DNA from: Eledone cirrhosa
Lineage: Eukaryota
DNA: 64,000 nt
Direction: 5' to 3'
Assembly (NCBI GenBank): GCA_964016885.1
Contig: OZ024746.1
Location: 56,668,001 to 56,732,000, forward strand
Shown here piece by piece: positions 12,278 through 26,207 of this stretch. The position numbers and the translations under genes were made by a program. The notes below the pieces were generated by a model. That model searched no databases. It saw only the letters and a list, made by a program, of their open reading frames with translations, and was not told the origin of the DNA. Within the stretch, counting starts at the first letter, position 1. The number at the start of each line of letters is the position of its first letter.

Positions 12278-15200
12278 CAAACAAACAAATTAACAACACA
12301 CCAAAACAATTAAAACCATCCACTCTCGCCTCTACATTTTTGCTTAACGCCCAAGGCATCAGCCCTTCCACCAATACTCAAAAATGGAAGATCAAATTCC
12401 TGGAGGACTGGATTGATGTCCATCCAAACCACATCCCTTTCTTCGTCCTCACTGAAACCCATCTCAGTAACCTCCACTTGGAAGCCGAGGTGAAAGTGAA
12501 AAATTTCAAAGCCATCCGTGCTGATCGCGCTGGCAGAAGAAAGGGCGGAACTGCCATTTATGTCCATAATTCTTTCTCAACAGAGGCTATGAACATATTC
12601 ACTAATGGATACTGTGAGGCAGTCACTGTATTCAGTCAAACCAACAACCTATTAGTAGTTGGGCTCTATAGGCCACCCCAAACGCCTGTACCATGCTTCA
12701 AGGAATGCCTCAACAGCATAAAGTGTTTCATCCAAGAGTGTCACCCTGACAACATCTTAATGATGGGGGACTTCAACCTCCCCGGAGTTGACTGGTCCAC
12801 AAACACCCTGCCACCAGGTTCTTCTGCCTCAACCTCTGACAGGGAAGCTGTGGAATCGCTTCTTGACTTCATGGATGATTTCTTCCTATCCCAACTAGTG
12901 CTCGAACCAACGAGGTGCCACAAAAACGTCCTAGACTTAATTTTCAGCAATCACACTGACAATATCCACAATATTGCAGTGGAGAAAACTCTACTCTCTG
13001 ATCATGACATGGTTCTCTGTGATCTGAGATTCCACCGTCCAATATACAAACCCAATGTCATTTCTCCTGTCCATCCGTTTGACGCTATGGATTTCCACAA
13101 TGCAAACTGGGAAGCGATCAGTCATGATCTTGCACATGTCGACTGGTCCTTCACGCACACTCATACACCCACTAACATCAAAAAGTCCTGGCAGACATTT
13201 GTGGACACTGTTACAAACATATGTGCTAAACACACCCCATTAAGAACTATAAACAAATCTAAGAGCAGAATCCCTAGAAATAGAAAAACGCTCATCAGAA
13301 AAATTAAGAGAACGAACAAAAAAATCAACAAGCTGAAATACTGTCAGCAGCAACACATCAACTTGACTGCCATTTCATCACTAGAGATTAAAAAACATAA
13401 CCTCCAAAACAACATAATGCCCCTCATCAACAATCAGAGAAGAGCTGAAGAGGCCTGGGCCATTGAGAAGATCAAACTCAATCCCAAAGTGTTCTTTTCA
13501 TTTGCAAAAAAACACAAAATCACTGGCTCTACTGTTGGCCCTCTAATTGATGAAAATGGCACTCTTCAAGACAATGCTAAAACCATGGGTGAGATACTGC
13601 AGAAACAATACTGCTCTGTTTTCAGCAATCCTGATATGGCCGATCTGGGCTGTATCGGCGATGTTACTCCCCATTACAACTTATCGGACATAACGTTTGG
13701 CGCCCCTGATGTCTTGGCGGCAATAAAGGAAATCAAGCATAATTCAGCAGTAGGTCCCGATAGGTTCCCTGCTTGTGTCTTGAAGGCGTGTCAACACCAA
13801 CTTGCTTCTCCTCTTGCCAATCTGTGGCGGAACTCACTGGATGCTGGATATGTGCCAGAAAACCTTCTATCCCAGTCTGTTGTCCCAGTTTTCAAAAAGG
13901 GAAACAAATCCCTTGCCGTGAATTACCGTCCAATCTCACTCACCTCTCATATCATTAAGGTATTTGAGCGAGTGGTGAGATCGCGAATGACCCACTTCCT
14001 TGAGAGTAACAATATGCTGAACTCCAACCAGCATGGATTCCGTAATGGAAGGGATTGCCTGACGCAACTACTGCATCACTTTGATGACATTTTGAGAGCC
14101 TTGTGAGAGGGTTCCAACACTGATGTTATCTACCTTGATTTCAGCAAGGCCTTTGACAGGGTTGATCATAACATTCTACTGAGAAAGCTGTCCAATATTG
14201 GTGTCACTGGAAAGCTGCTGCAGTGGATCAATAGCTTCCTGTCAAACAGAACCCAACATGTTGTAGTTGAGGGAGTCAAATCAAGCCCAGCCAAAGTCAG
14301 TAGTGGAGTCCCACAAGGCACTGTGTTGGGCCCACTTCTCTTCATCATCTATATTAATGACATCACTGACATCATCAAACACAGCAACATTAAAATTTTC
14401 GCTGATGATTCCAAGTTCCAAAAGGTCATCAATGGCGTGGATGACCGGATAAGCCTTCAGTCAGACCTACTGGCTGTTACCCAATGGGCAGAAAAGAACA
14501 ACATGTTACTGAACGAAGACAAATTCGAACTGATCCACTTTGGAAAAGAGGATGCTCTGAAACTCCCGTACTCCCTTCCCTCGGGGGAAACTCTCGTGAC
14601 ATCTAACAACATCAGAGACTTGGGAGTAACCGTGGACAGCAACATAAGCTGGACCACGCATATAAGCAGCAAAGTTGACATGGCCCGCAGAATGTGTTCC
14701 TGGATCCTCAGAACCTTCCAGTCGAGAGATTCCCGCACCATTATCCTTCTCTTCTCTACTTTCGCCCGACCACACCTTGAATACTGTTGTCCACTGTGGT
14801 CTCCCCACACGAAACAAAGTATCATGAAACTTGAAGCTCCTCAAAGGGCAATCACGAAAAAGATAGATGGCATGTCAGACCTTGACTACTGGGGTCGATT
14901 GGAAAACCTGAAACTTTACTCACTCCAACGTCGCCGTGAGTGTTATATTATCTGCATGATGTGGAAAATGTTCCATCATCACTGCCCAAATGATGTTGGC
15001 ATCGCCTTCAAGATACACCCAAGGCTTGGGCCCCGTGCTATCCGTCCCATTCAAAAATCTAAATCGCAACTCATAACAACAATACGGCACAATTATTTCA
15101 CCTCAATCGGCCCTGCTCTCTTCAACATCACACCAGGACACGTCAAAACAGAAACTGACCACACATAATTCAAGAAGTCTTTGGACAAATTCCTCCAAGT

Positions 15201-15285
15201 AATCCCGGACAAACCACCCACACCCGGATATGTCTCCGCAAACAGTAATTCTCTTCTCGAATGGGCCATGGTGCCCAAATCCTGA
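12265..15285 (+). pseudogene. LINE ORF2: AP endonuclease plus reverse transcriptase, two in-frame nonsense codons
   Basis: Motifs LNAQG, LTETHL, YRPP, MGDFN, LDLIF, SDH, NYRPISLTS, QHGFR, YLDFSKAFD, GVPQG, FADD. One frame throughout, with TGA at 14104 and TAA at 15166. Confidence 0.95.
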
Positions 15286-15369
15286 ATTGAAAGACTTCGC
15301 CAGGTGGTGCTATTAAGTTAGACATGGCCTGGGCCAATACTGGCCAAAACATTTCAAAGTTATTCAAAG

Positions 15370-15510
<141 letters not shown>

Positions 15511-16356
15511 GACAGGGGGGAGGAAAAAATGGCTTCACTTGTGCTATCAACAAATTTATTTTCTTCACAAGATCCCAAAAATAATTTTTTCCGGATTAGA
15601 AAAATTTTTTCTTAAAAAAAATTTATTTTATAAGTTAAGTTTTTGGTTGTTGGTTAGGTCTTAGGAGTTCTTGGTTAACGTAGGAGGTATTGTTTCGTTT
15701 TTAGAACCACCTTTCACGCTGAGGTGCGCTTGTCAAACTGATGTGTATGTGGTGTGTTGTCCTATATATAGGGATTTAACATGTCTGTGGTGTGGTGGGT
15801 TTATTTTCTCCCCCTTTAATAAGTGTATGGGTGTAGGTGTGTTGAAAAAGTGTTAATAGCAGTAATGAGTTGAGACGGTGAGTAGGGTTGGGTGGGGAGA
15901 AATGTAGCAAGTGCGGCCTGCCCCGGTCATTCTCGAAAAATTCCTTTATTCAGGGGAAAAAGCTTTTAGTATTCCATTGTGTACAGAATGGTCACAGGCA
16001 AATCGCACCTGCCAAGTTTGTAAACAATTATTTTTTTCTGAAGAATTTTCAAGGTCCATCCCAAAATTAGTCCTTTGTTCAACACACACATATGTGCGTA
16101 TATACGTACATACACACACGTGCATATGTAGGAATATATAGGCACACACCATCAATCACAAACCCATGTACATATACATCCACATACATACATAAACACA
16201 TATAAAGACACATATAAACACACATATACACATACGTACACACACGAATATGGACTCATACCTCCACCTGGGTATATATATATATACATACATACATATA
16301 CATACATATACACTCATAAAGATACATAACTAAATATACATATATACACATACACG

Positions 16357-16396
<40 letters not shown>

Positions 16397-16521
16397 TACA
16401 CACACACACACACACATACATATGTCCGTATATTTACCTCCGTTCACACATACATGCATACACACACACACATACACACACACATATATATATATAGAGA
16501 GAGAGAGGCATACACACACAC

Positions 16522-16590
<69 letters not shown>

Positions 16591-16737
16591 AACACATACA
16601 GACACATACACACATATACATACATATACACATATATATATATATTTATATATACACACACATATATATATATATATACATACATACACATACACATACA
16701 AGTACATACATACACACATACATACATACACATACAT

Positions 16738-16812
<75 letters not shown>

Positions 16813-16865
16813 TACATACACACATATATATATATGTGTATACACAAGCACATAAAGACACATAT

Positions 16866-16912
<47 letters not shown>

Positions 16913-17436
16913 TATACATACATCTACATACATACATACATATACACAAACATTCTCAACACAAAGGAATACAAAAGCTTTTTCCCCCGAATAAAGGAAT
17001 TTTTCGAGAATGACCGGGGCAGGCCGCACTTGCTACATTTCTCCCCACCCACCCTACTCACCGTCCCAACTCATTACTGCTATTAACACTTTTTCAACAC
17101 ACCTACACCCATACACTTATTAAAGTGGAGGAGAAAAAAAAACCACACCACACCACAGACATGTTAAATCCCTATATATAGAACAACACACCACATACAC
17201 ACAGTTTGACAAGCGCACCTCAGCGTGAAAGGTCGTTCTAAAAACGAAACAATACCTCCTACGTTAATCAAGAACTCCTAAGACCTAACCAACAACCAAC
17301 AACTTAATTTCTAAAATAATTTTTTTTAAGAAAAAAATGATTCTAATCCGGAAAAAAATTATTTTGGGATTTTGTGAAGAAAATAAATTTGTTGAAAGCA
17401 CAAGTGAAGCCATTTTTCTCCCCCCCCCCCACTGTC
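15511..17436. repeat. Inverted repeat with about 480 bp arms (15511-15990 and 16951-17436) around a (CA)/(TA) spacer
   Basis: The arms are reverse complements, and both give the [22 protein letters not shown] on opposite strands. A third partial copy lies at about 17781-17910. Confidence 0.92.
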
Positions 17437-17473
17437 TTAATATACCTAACTGTACCAAGGATTACACACATTT

Positions 17474-17564
<91 letters not shown>

Positions 17565-18181
17565 CCAATTGCCTTACCATTTTGGTTGTTGAATCAAGCG
17601 TCTTCACATCAACACTCTGCTTTGCAGTTGTCGATCTCTCTCTATTTCAACCGAAAATGTTATCATATCCATTAGTATTAAACTGTGTCTACTTTTTCTG
17701 TGATGTCACGATGCCAATAGTCTGGAGATGTGCGCCACTAGATCATCATATACTTTAACGGGTATAAAGAACATCACATCAAGTTGTTGGTTGTTGGTTA
17801 GGTCTTAGGAGTTATTGGTTAACGTAGGAGGTATTGTTTCGTTTTTAGAACGACCTTTCACGCTGAGGTGCGCTTGTCAAACTGATGTGTATGTGGTGTG
17901 TTGTTCTATTAACAGTTTCGCATAATCCGCCGCCCTAGTAGATTTGTAATATATTTAGTGGTCCAAAAATTGTGAAAGGCATAATTTCACGTGTGTTCAT
18001 TTGAAAACATCGTGTGTAACGTCGGAAGAAGTCTCCAAGCATTTAATCAAGCGTTCTCAATTCAACGCAAGTAAGACATTTTAATTTGTGTAAATATTTG
18101 TCCGAATAAACAGTTACGAAATAAATAACGTAAGCTAGAGAGTGTGCTCTCCTTCGTGTGTCTCCTTACATACATACATAG

Positions 18182-18236
<55 letters not shown>

Positions 18237-18242
18237 TGTATG

Positions 18243-18313
<71 letters not shown>

Positions 18314-18317
<4 letters not shown>

Positions 18318-18483
18318 AAAGAGATGAAATCGAAAATGCAACTGGAGTCTTATTTTTTTTCAGAAAAACCACAGACCCTCCATCTCAACTCACCTTTTGA
18401 AAAGCAGAAGAGCTGCGAAACCGGTAAAGGAACCAAATAAATATATAGTCTCCAGTTGCATTTACGATTTCATCTCTTTTTCT
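18314..18483. repeat. Mini element with 37 bp terminal inverted repeats enclosing a hammerhead motif
   Basis: AGAAAAAGAGATGAAATCGAAAATGCAACTGGAG (from 18314) pairs with CTCCAGTTGCATTTACGATTTCATCTCTTTTTCT (to 18483). Related sequence occurs at about 62440-62575. Confidence 0.85.
18393..18430 (+). ncRNA. Minimal hammerhead motif with U3-A8 core
   Basis: CCTT-TTGAAAA-GCAG-AAGAG-CTGC-GAAA-CCGG-TA-AAGG. Stems I and II pair perfectly, stem III is the palindrome ACCGGT, and the triplet is GUA. Confidence 0.65.
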
Positions 18484-18544
18484 TTATACTTTCACTCGTG
18501 TAGGACACCTCGGTTATTTTTCATTTTGTGAAAAAAACCCTCAC

Positions 18545-18617
<73 letters not shown>

Positions 18618-19029
18618 CATCTAGATATATATGTTTGTGTGTGTATCCTGGTATTCACTTTGTCGTAATACGATTGTTTTACGTTATATGTAACTATAAA
18701 TTATTTTTTCTTACGTATTTGTCTTATGTTCAATATCCCATAATCATTGCATATCAAATAAGGAAAGTCATGTCTTTAGAAGCTGGTGAGACGTGTTTCA
18801 TTTGTTTGCTTCCATTTTCGTTATTATTCCATTCATATATTAATATGCGACAATTCCCAACTGTATTTTCCCGTTGATTTATTGATATAAATTTATGTTT
18901 GCACGTTTGTTTTTATAGAAGTCCTTACTTCGGAAATTTTCCCTAGCCCCAGCTACGTACTTACGTAGAAAACCCATGGGTTATTCATATGTTATTTCCT
19001 TTGTACACATATACACACACACACACACC

Positions 19030-19169
<140 letters not shown>

Positions 19170-19583
19170 GTATACATATATATATATATATGTGTGTTTG
19201 CTATGCGTGTGAATCATTTGTGTATGTGTCTGTGTGTGTAAATAACTGCCTGTGATGCTTCTATGGAAATAATATTTAAAAATAACACTCACTTGGTTAT
19301 ATGCACATAAACAAAAACACATAGGCATGTATACGTACACAATGCAAACATATATGTACATCATTTATACGACAATAATTATATGTATATATTTATATAT
19401 ATATATATACACACAAATGCATGCATACATACAAACGTAAATACATAAATATATACATATATCATACATAGATACATACATAAATATATACATACATGCA
19501 TAGGTAGATACATATCTAGACACATGCATGCATGCATACATACCTACATGCATACAAACATACATATATACATATATACATAC

Positions 19584-19712
19584 ATGCACCCATACTTATA
19601 AAAACTTATATAGATGCACCCATACTTATAAAAACTTATATATATGCACCCATACTTATACATATATATATACATGCACCCATACTTATAAATACATATA
19701 TAAATGCACCCG
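19584..19712. repeat. 30 bp minisatellite, about 4.3 copies
   Basis: ATGCACCCATACTTATA recurs with a 30 bp period. Confidence 0.9.
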
Positions 19713-20231
19713 AACTTTTACATACATACATACATGCATACATTCATACATACATATATAACGCAATACAGTTCCATGTATTTTACTTTACCTATGGAGT
19801 CAATTTTTGCTGTACATGTACATGTTATCCGATACATACATCAAAAGAGAACAAGCAATAACCTCTTTATAAATACAATACCCCTCTTAGCTCGTTGATC
19901 AGCTACGTACCGTAAACGTGAATGTTTACAAAGACACATTATAGTCTAGCGGTGTGTTCATTGAGTGCAGAAAGAAAGACTGCACTGCGTGATGCATAAA
20001 CGAAGCTGTCTGCAATGCATCTGGCTGCACCGCCGTCAGTGTAAATCAGTTTGCAGCACAGTAAGTGTTCTTAATGTGACAACAATAGTCTATTATGAGA
20101 AACACTCAGCGTCTCCATTTTAAAGCTAACAGTTGATGTTAGTTTAGTTGTTTTGTAGTAGTTATTTCTATGTAGTTGTTTGTGATTATATTTTCTTCCT
20201 ATGATGCAGACTGACTGCTGGGGCATGTTAT

Positions 20232-20279
<48 letters not shown>

Positions 20280-20521
20280 TTTTCTTTATTAACCACAAGG
20301 GTTCACATAAAGTAGACATTAAGGACAGTACAGGACAATACAGGAGTGTACAAATGGGCATTTCTGCGTGTAAAAAAACAGAGGTTGAAATAAAATAACA
20401 AAGAAAAATTCCCCAATAGGGGGGAGACTTCCAAGGGACATTTGTGGAGAAAGCCCATTAAAAGACCACAGTGGCCCTGACCACCAGGGCAAGTGCCCTC
20501 TCCCAGTTTTCCACCTTTAAT

Positions 20522-23500
20522 TTACAGACACATACTCAGAGAAGGCCCATTCATTCGGGCCATACTTGCTTCTCTCACCCATCTTTCAACAAAATGCTGG
20601 GAAGAGAGCACTTCCCTCTCTACCCTGATTTTCCTTTTCAAATGAAATTTGAAAAAAATAATCAGGGCATCACCGAAGAGGTAAGTGCTCGTCTTCAGCC
20701 CTTTCAAACGTGTCCACCATACTATCTCTTTCGCCATGGCCACCAGACAGATAAAAACTGCCTGCCCTTCCAGGCTAAAGGAAGGGGGCGGGGCAATCCT
20801 CACGATGGACTCAGCTGATAGCCGGATCCGTCCTACACGTGACAGCAGGTGTTCGACATAAACCCACAAGTCAGCAATGCTCGGACACTGGACGAGTGCG
20901 TGCAGGACGGTTTCGTCGCCCTGCGCGCATCTCGGACATGCCCGGCTGACGGCACCTCCATGCCTGTAGAGTTTATCCCGAACTGGCAAAGCTCCCCGGT
21001 AGCACTGCCAGGCCAGGGATTTCTGGAAGTTGTCCATAGGCCCCGGCCCGAAAGTCCTTCCGAAGAGATTGGCTAGTTGATTTTCGTCGACGCCTAGAGT
21101 TTCTCCAAGTTCGTCGTCGCCCTTCCCCTCCACTAATCCCCTATAGAACGCCAAGGTGGAGTTTCCACCGATCACATTGCCCGATTGGTCGAGGGCTGTG
21201 AGCGCCTGAAGACATTCCAGTCTCCAAGCGCTCCCTCTCGGTCTTCGCTTGACCCAGGACTGCAGCTCCGTCAAGGAGACGAGCTGGGGAAAAACGTGTC
21301 TTGCAAACGGCGACCACACCTGATCACCGTCGAGGAAGAGGTGGAGATGTCGTAGCCTGAGCGCGTGTCTGCGCATCATCAGCCACGGCATGCCCAGCCC
21401 TCCACGTAGCGGGTGTTGACAGCAGATGGACCGCCTGACCATCGGAGCGCGTCCCTTCCACAATAAGCGAAAGAGCAAACGCTCCAGCGCAGTCAGGCGG
21501 GGCTTAGGACAAGGTACGACGGTCAGGCGGTAGTAGATGACGGATGCTATGTACGCATTCGCCACCTCCGCTCGACCTTTCAGGGATAGCTTCCTCTCGG
21601 CCCATTTCTGGGTGAGAGAAGCCACCCTGCTCGTCACCTCGTCCCAGTTTTTGTCCGTCTGGAGGTCTGGACCGAACCAGACCCCTAGCAATTTAACCGG
21701 TCCGTCCGTCCAGCGCCCGACGACGCTGTTGGACGGCATGGACCTGCCTCTCCAGGTGCCGATCTGCAGACCCACTGACTTTTCCTGGTTGATCATTGCT
21801 CCTGTCACCGCTTCGTATTCTCTTAGTGTAGTGCCGATCGCCTCGATGTGTTTGGCGTTCGACACCACTACGGTGACATCGTCGGCATATGCTGACACGG
21901 ATCTTCCGCATCCTAGTTCGCGCGGGACCCCCCTCAACGTCTCCAGTTTGTGCAGTAATGGCTCGAGATTCAATACGTACAATAGGGACGAGAGGGGACA
22001 TCCTTGGCGGACCGAGCACATGATGTTGAACGGTTCCGAAAGGTAACCGTTCACTCTCACTACAGAGCAGATGTCGCTGTGCATGGCAGCGATCCAGCAT
22101 CTGAAGACGGGCCCAAAGCCAGCCGCCCTCAGGACTGCCGTTAGGTAACGATGGTCGACCCTATCGAAGGCTTTCGACTGATCTAAATTGATCAAAGACC
22201 CACTCGTGCCAGGTTCCCTAGCTACCCTCTCTACGATGTATCGCATGAGGTGGAGGTTGTCGTGGATGGATCTGTCGGGAATGGCGCATGTCTGTGCCTC
22301 TCCCACCAGACCACCAACGACAAGCGCCAACCTCTTTGCTAGCACCTTGGCCAAAATCTTGAACTCTGTGTTTAGCAGAGTTATGGGCCTAAAATTATCT
22401 ATGTTATCCCCCTTGTTCGGATCCTTTCTCAGCAGCGCCACCGCTCCTCGGCTCACAGAGCTGGGAATTCTCCCGTTCTGTTGCCAGTTGCAGTAGACGT
22501 CCGCCAAGAGGCCTCCGAACAAGTTTGCCATTTTACGTAAAGTTCATAGGGCAGACCATCCAAACCAGGCGATTTACCCCTTGTGCAACTAGTCATTGCA
22601 TCCCGTACTTCAGCGGTTGTTATCGGCTTTTCGCAACACTCCGCCTCAGTGGCCGAAAGCCGCGGCAGTCCGTCGAGGTAGACACTAAAGTCCATCCCTC
22701 GATCCGGCCCGCCACTGCCCCCGAACAGTTGAGCGAAGTGTCGCTGAAAAGCTTCACACATTTGCCCGGGATCGAGTAGCATGCGCCCGTCGTGGTCCAC
22801 CAAAGACCGGATCGTGGCTTTGTTGCCACGACGCGCCTCCGCCACTCGGGCCCATTGAACGGCTTTCGTCCCCTCGTGTCTGAGAGCACGCACCCTAGCT
22901 CTGACAACGCAGCCTTCGTGCTTTGCATTGAAGAATTGGTCAAGGGCCAATTTCGCCGCAAGTACGTCGGTCGCGATGCCATTGCTAAGCACCTCATCTA
23001 ATTTTCTAACTAATTCTCCCTCTGCTCTATTTTTCTCTATTGCTAAAGTCTTACTAAACCTAATGGACTCTATTCTAATTGCTCTTTTCAGAGCAAACCA
23101 CCACTTGTTGTTGACGATGGCCCCCGTCAACGCCCGCTTAACTAGTTCGCTAATCCGGTCTCTGTAGGCCTTGCGCGCTGGTAAGGACGCGTTTAACTTC
23201 CAGTAGCCGGGTCCGCGTCTATGAAGCCTATCTAAGTCAAGCACACAGATCACGAATTTGTGGTCCGTGTAGCTGACTATCTTGAATTGTGGACAGCCTA
23301 TGCTAGACCTATCTATTTCCCTACAAAATACTCTATCTAGATATGATCTGGATGACCCTATGCGATTTGTCCAAGTCCACATTGGTACATTCGGGAAATC
23401 CATTCGGTACCTGTCAGACAGTTCAAAACGTCTGAGCAGGTTGGTGAGACTCTTGCACCCTCCTTCCCTATCCACTAATCCCACACGATCCCAGCGTGCA

Positions 23501-23940
23501 TCTAAGATCCCGTTCCAGTCGCCCACTAACACTAAAGAGCGGTTGTTCCAAGAAAGGTCTCCAGACGCCGGAAGAAATCAGGCCGCCCTGCTCCTGTCGG
23601 GGCATAGACGGCCACTAACCTGAAAGCTTGGCCGTCTCCGCTGGTCACGTCCAGCACCACCAACTTACCTTCTGGGTCCAGGAAGATGGCCCGTATGGCA
23701 AGATCCAAACCTCTCCGAAAAAGCACAGCAACTCCTCCCCCCGATCCCGGACGGCTGGGAGATGCGTACACAACGTAGCCGCCGAAGATCGGTGCGAAAG
23801 CCTGTGCTTCGGAGATTCTGGTCTCGCTGATGGCCACTACATCTATGTTTAGTGACCTGAGGTCGTTGAGCATGTGGCCCTGCTTCCATGACGACCCCAA
23901 GCCACGCGCATTTATGCTGCCTATTCTGAGTGAGGTCATG
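20522..23940 (-). pseudogene. Tx1-like ORF2 (APE, RT, C-terminal zinc finger), two frameshifts
   Basis: Motifs MTSLRIGSINARGL, ISETR, VYAP, GDWN, YLDR, TDH, GPGYWKLN, GKSPGLDG, FRPITLLN, DQSKAFD, QGCPLS, YADD, CPRC..ETVLHALVQC. Confidence 0.95.
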
Positions 23941-23973
23941 TTGAAAAGGAGTGGAAAAGATGGGAAAGACCAC

Positions 23974-25945
23974 TTACCTTGCTTCTCGTAGGGGAAGGAC
24001 GGCTTTTCCATCCTTTTCACTGCTTGTGGCCTCCTCAGGAAGGATGTCCTTATAAATCCTCCTGGAGAGTGCTTGTCGGAAGTCTCCGATGTCTTTGGGG
24101 AATTTTTGTTTTAGTGTCATGTACGTTTTCTGTGTGATGCGAGTAATTTGTATGTGTGGAGGTGGTGTGAATTTTGGGGTTGTTGTGTAGTCTTTTTCTG
24201 TGATGCTGGTGTTGTGTTGGATGTAGTGTAATAATTGCTTGTTGTTCAAATTTAATGCTGTGTAGTGTGTATCGTTTTGGTTGTTTTGTTTTGTTTGCGT
24301 TTGTTGTGGGTTTGTTTCTGTTTCGCATTTTGGTGACTTTTGTGGTGTAGGTGATGGTGGTGCTGGGGATAATGATGGTGATGGTGTTGGTGTTTGGGTT
24401 GATGGGGTTGGTGATGCTGGTGTGGATGGTGGCATATCTGTCCTAACTTTTTTGTTTCTTAGTTTATTTGTTTCCCTCTGTATTTTGTTTTTGGAGGGGG
24501 AAGGAAGAGAATTTGTTTTTTTTGGTTTCTTTTTTTTTTCCGGATATCGTTTCCCACTCCTCGTCGTCACAATCTGTCTCCAGTTGTGATAGGCCGGGGA
24601 GTGGAAAATCCTCCACAGCCGTTAGTTTTGGTTGTGGTGGATGGTGTAGGCGCTGGTGCTAGTTCTGAAGCGTTGGGGGGTGGTGGTGTTGGTTTTGCTG
24701 GTGGTGGTAGTGGTGTTGGTTTTGCTACTGTTGCTGGGGTTGTTGCTGTTATAGTTGCTTCTGTTGTTGCTGCCATCTCTGCTACTGGTGGTGTTGATGG
24801 TTGTGTCACTGGGGTGGGTAGGAGAGGTGGCCTCAACCTTTTAGTCTGAGGGCAGAAAGCTCTTAGGTGGGTTCCTTCACCACAAACGACACACCTAGGT
24901 CTTCTGCCCTCGACAATTACCGTGAGGTGGCTGCCGTCAGTGAGGTCTATTACCTCTGGGATCTCCTCAATGCTTTTTTGGTCCGCTTGGATCAGGAGCT
25001 CCATCCCAGATCCGGACCAGTTTTCCTGCTTTTCTTTTGCTACTGCTATTATGTTCGTGTTGGCTTCGATGCCGGCGAGGACAGCCGCTATTAGCCAGGG
25101 AATTTCGATGGCCGGTGGAACGTGGGTCACCCTGATCTTTACGAGTCTCTGGCCACAATAGCTTGGGACGAGTGTGAGGTCGTCACTTTTTAATGGGGCC
25201 ATGGAGTGTTCTCTAGCCTCCTCTGGTGTTTCAAAGAACACATCCACGGTTCCATACTTTTGCCCACGTCTGATGTGGGTTTTTCTTGCCCACACATCTC
25301 CCAAAGCTTTTTGGATTTGGGACTCGGATGCCCGTTCCACTCGGCGCGATTTTACATTTATTGTTCTATACGACACGGTGCACAGGCGCCGATGCTCCAT
25401 TTTATTAGGTGGGTGGGGGGGTGGGGTGAGGCTGACCATGTACCCATCTTTCTTTACCATTTGTTTGGCATTTTCTAAATCTTCTTGAGTTACCGTGAAC
25501 GCTTCGAATTGTTTTGCTACGATGGCGAAACTGAGGGTCGGTTTTATAATGTCATTGTTGTTGTTGCTATCGTTAATATTAATTTTATTTTCAGGTGTGG
25601 TGGTGGTGACGTCAGTCGTCTTTGGTGGGGAAGAGTCCATTTTGCTTGATTTCATTTCGACGTCACGAGTTAATTTATTTTTTCTTCTTTTGTTTCTGTT
25701 GTCGCGGTGGTGGTGGTGGTGGTGGTGGTTGTCGCGGTGGTGGTGGTGGTGGAGGGTTTAACACCTGCAGTCATTGGTAATGGCGGGAAATGAATGTCTG
25801 CCTGAGACAAATTTAAAATATTGCTACTGCTTATATTTTTTTTTGTGTTGGCAAACGTAGTAACATTTACAATGGTGGTGTCGGTGTGAGGTGTTATTTT
25901 GTGAGGAAGGCTTTCAGCTGCTTCGTGCAGAGGGGAATTAGCCAT
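23974..25945 (-). pseudogene. Tx1-like ORF1 (RRM-like region, CCHC knuckle, Pro/Thr-rich tail), broken into three frames
   Basis: KYGTVDVFFETPEEA and CVVCGEGTHLRAFC. Pieces are 25670-25945, 24567-25655 and 23974-24570. Confidence 0.85.
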
Positions 25946-26153
25946 TTTTTTTCAAAGAAATTTTTGGATAATAATAAAAGTTAAAATTTTGGGCACAAGG
26001 CCCCAATTTTTTTGGGTGTCCTTTTCGGAAAACAATGTATGTGTGCTTATAAACAGTTAACAATAAAATTTTCCATAAATGGCAATTTTTAACAAACGGA
26101 AATAACAAACCTTTGCGGAGCTCACGTTGATACGATTTACTACGTAGGTCGCC

Positions 26154-26186
<33 letters not shown>

Positions 26187-26207
26187 TATAATAATAATAA
26201 TAATAAT

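Larger units (their letters stand above)
20279..26153 (-). mobile_element. Full-length Tx1/L1-like LINE, copy 1
   Basis: It has ORF1 with a CCHC knuckle and an APE-RT-CCHC ORF2. The 5' end is GGCGACCTACGTAG. It is flanked by (AAT)n at 20233-20278 and 26154-26207. Confidence 0.95.

Noticed and set aside
14104-14106. In-frame TGA in LINE ORF2 (and at 35308 in the Dong-type ORF) as possible selenocysteine or read-through
   Set aside because: The positions are not in Cys-motif contexts, the same ORFs have other lesions (TAA, TAG, frameshifts), and no SECIS was recognised. Simple nonsense mutations are more likely.
19584-19712. 30 bp periodic repeat resembling a CRISPR array
   Set aside because: Eukaryotic context, low-complexity and mutually similar spacers, and no cas genes. 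It is a minisatellite.
21537-22496. Long antisense ORFs over the Tx1 RT, recurring in several copies
   Set aside because: Expected from GC-rich coding sequence and shared ancestry. No recognisable domain.
23974-24570. Apparent third ORF between Tx1 ORF1 and ORF2
   Set aside because: The reading frames across this region differ among the three copies, so it is best explained as the frameshifted C-terminus of ORF1.
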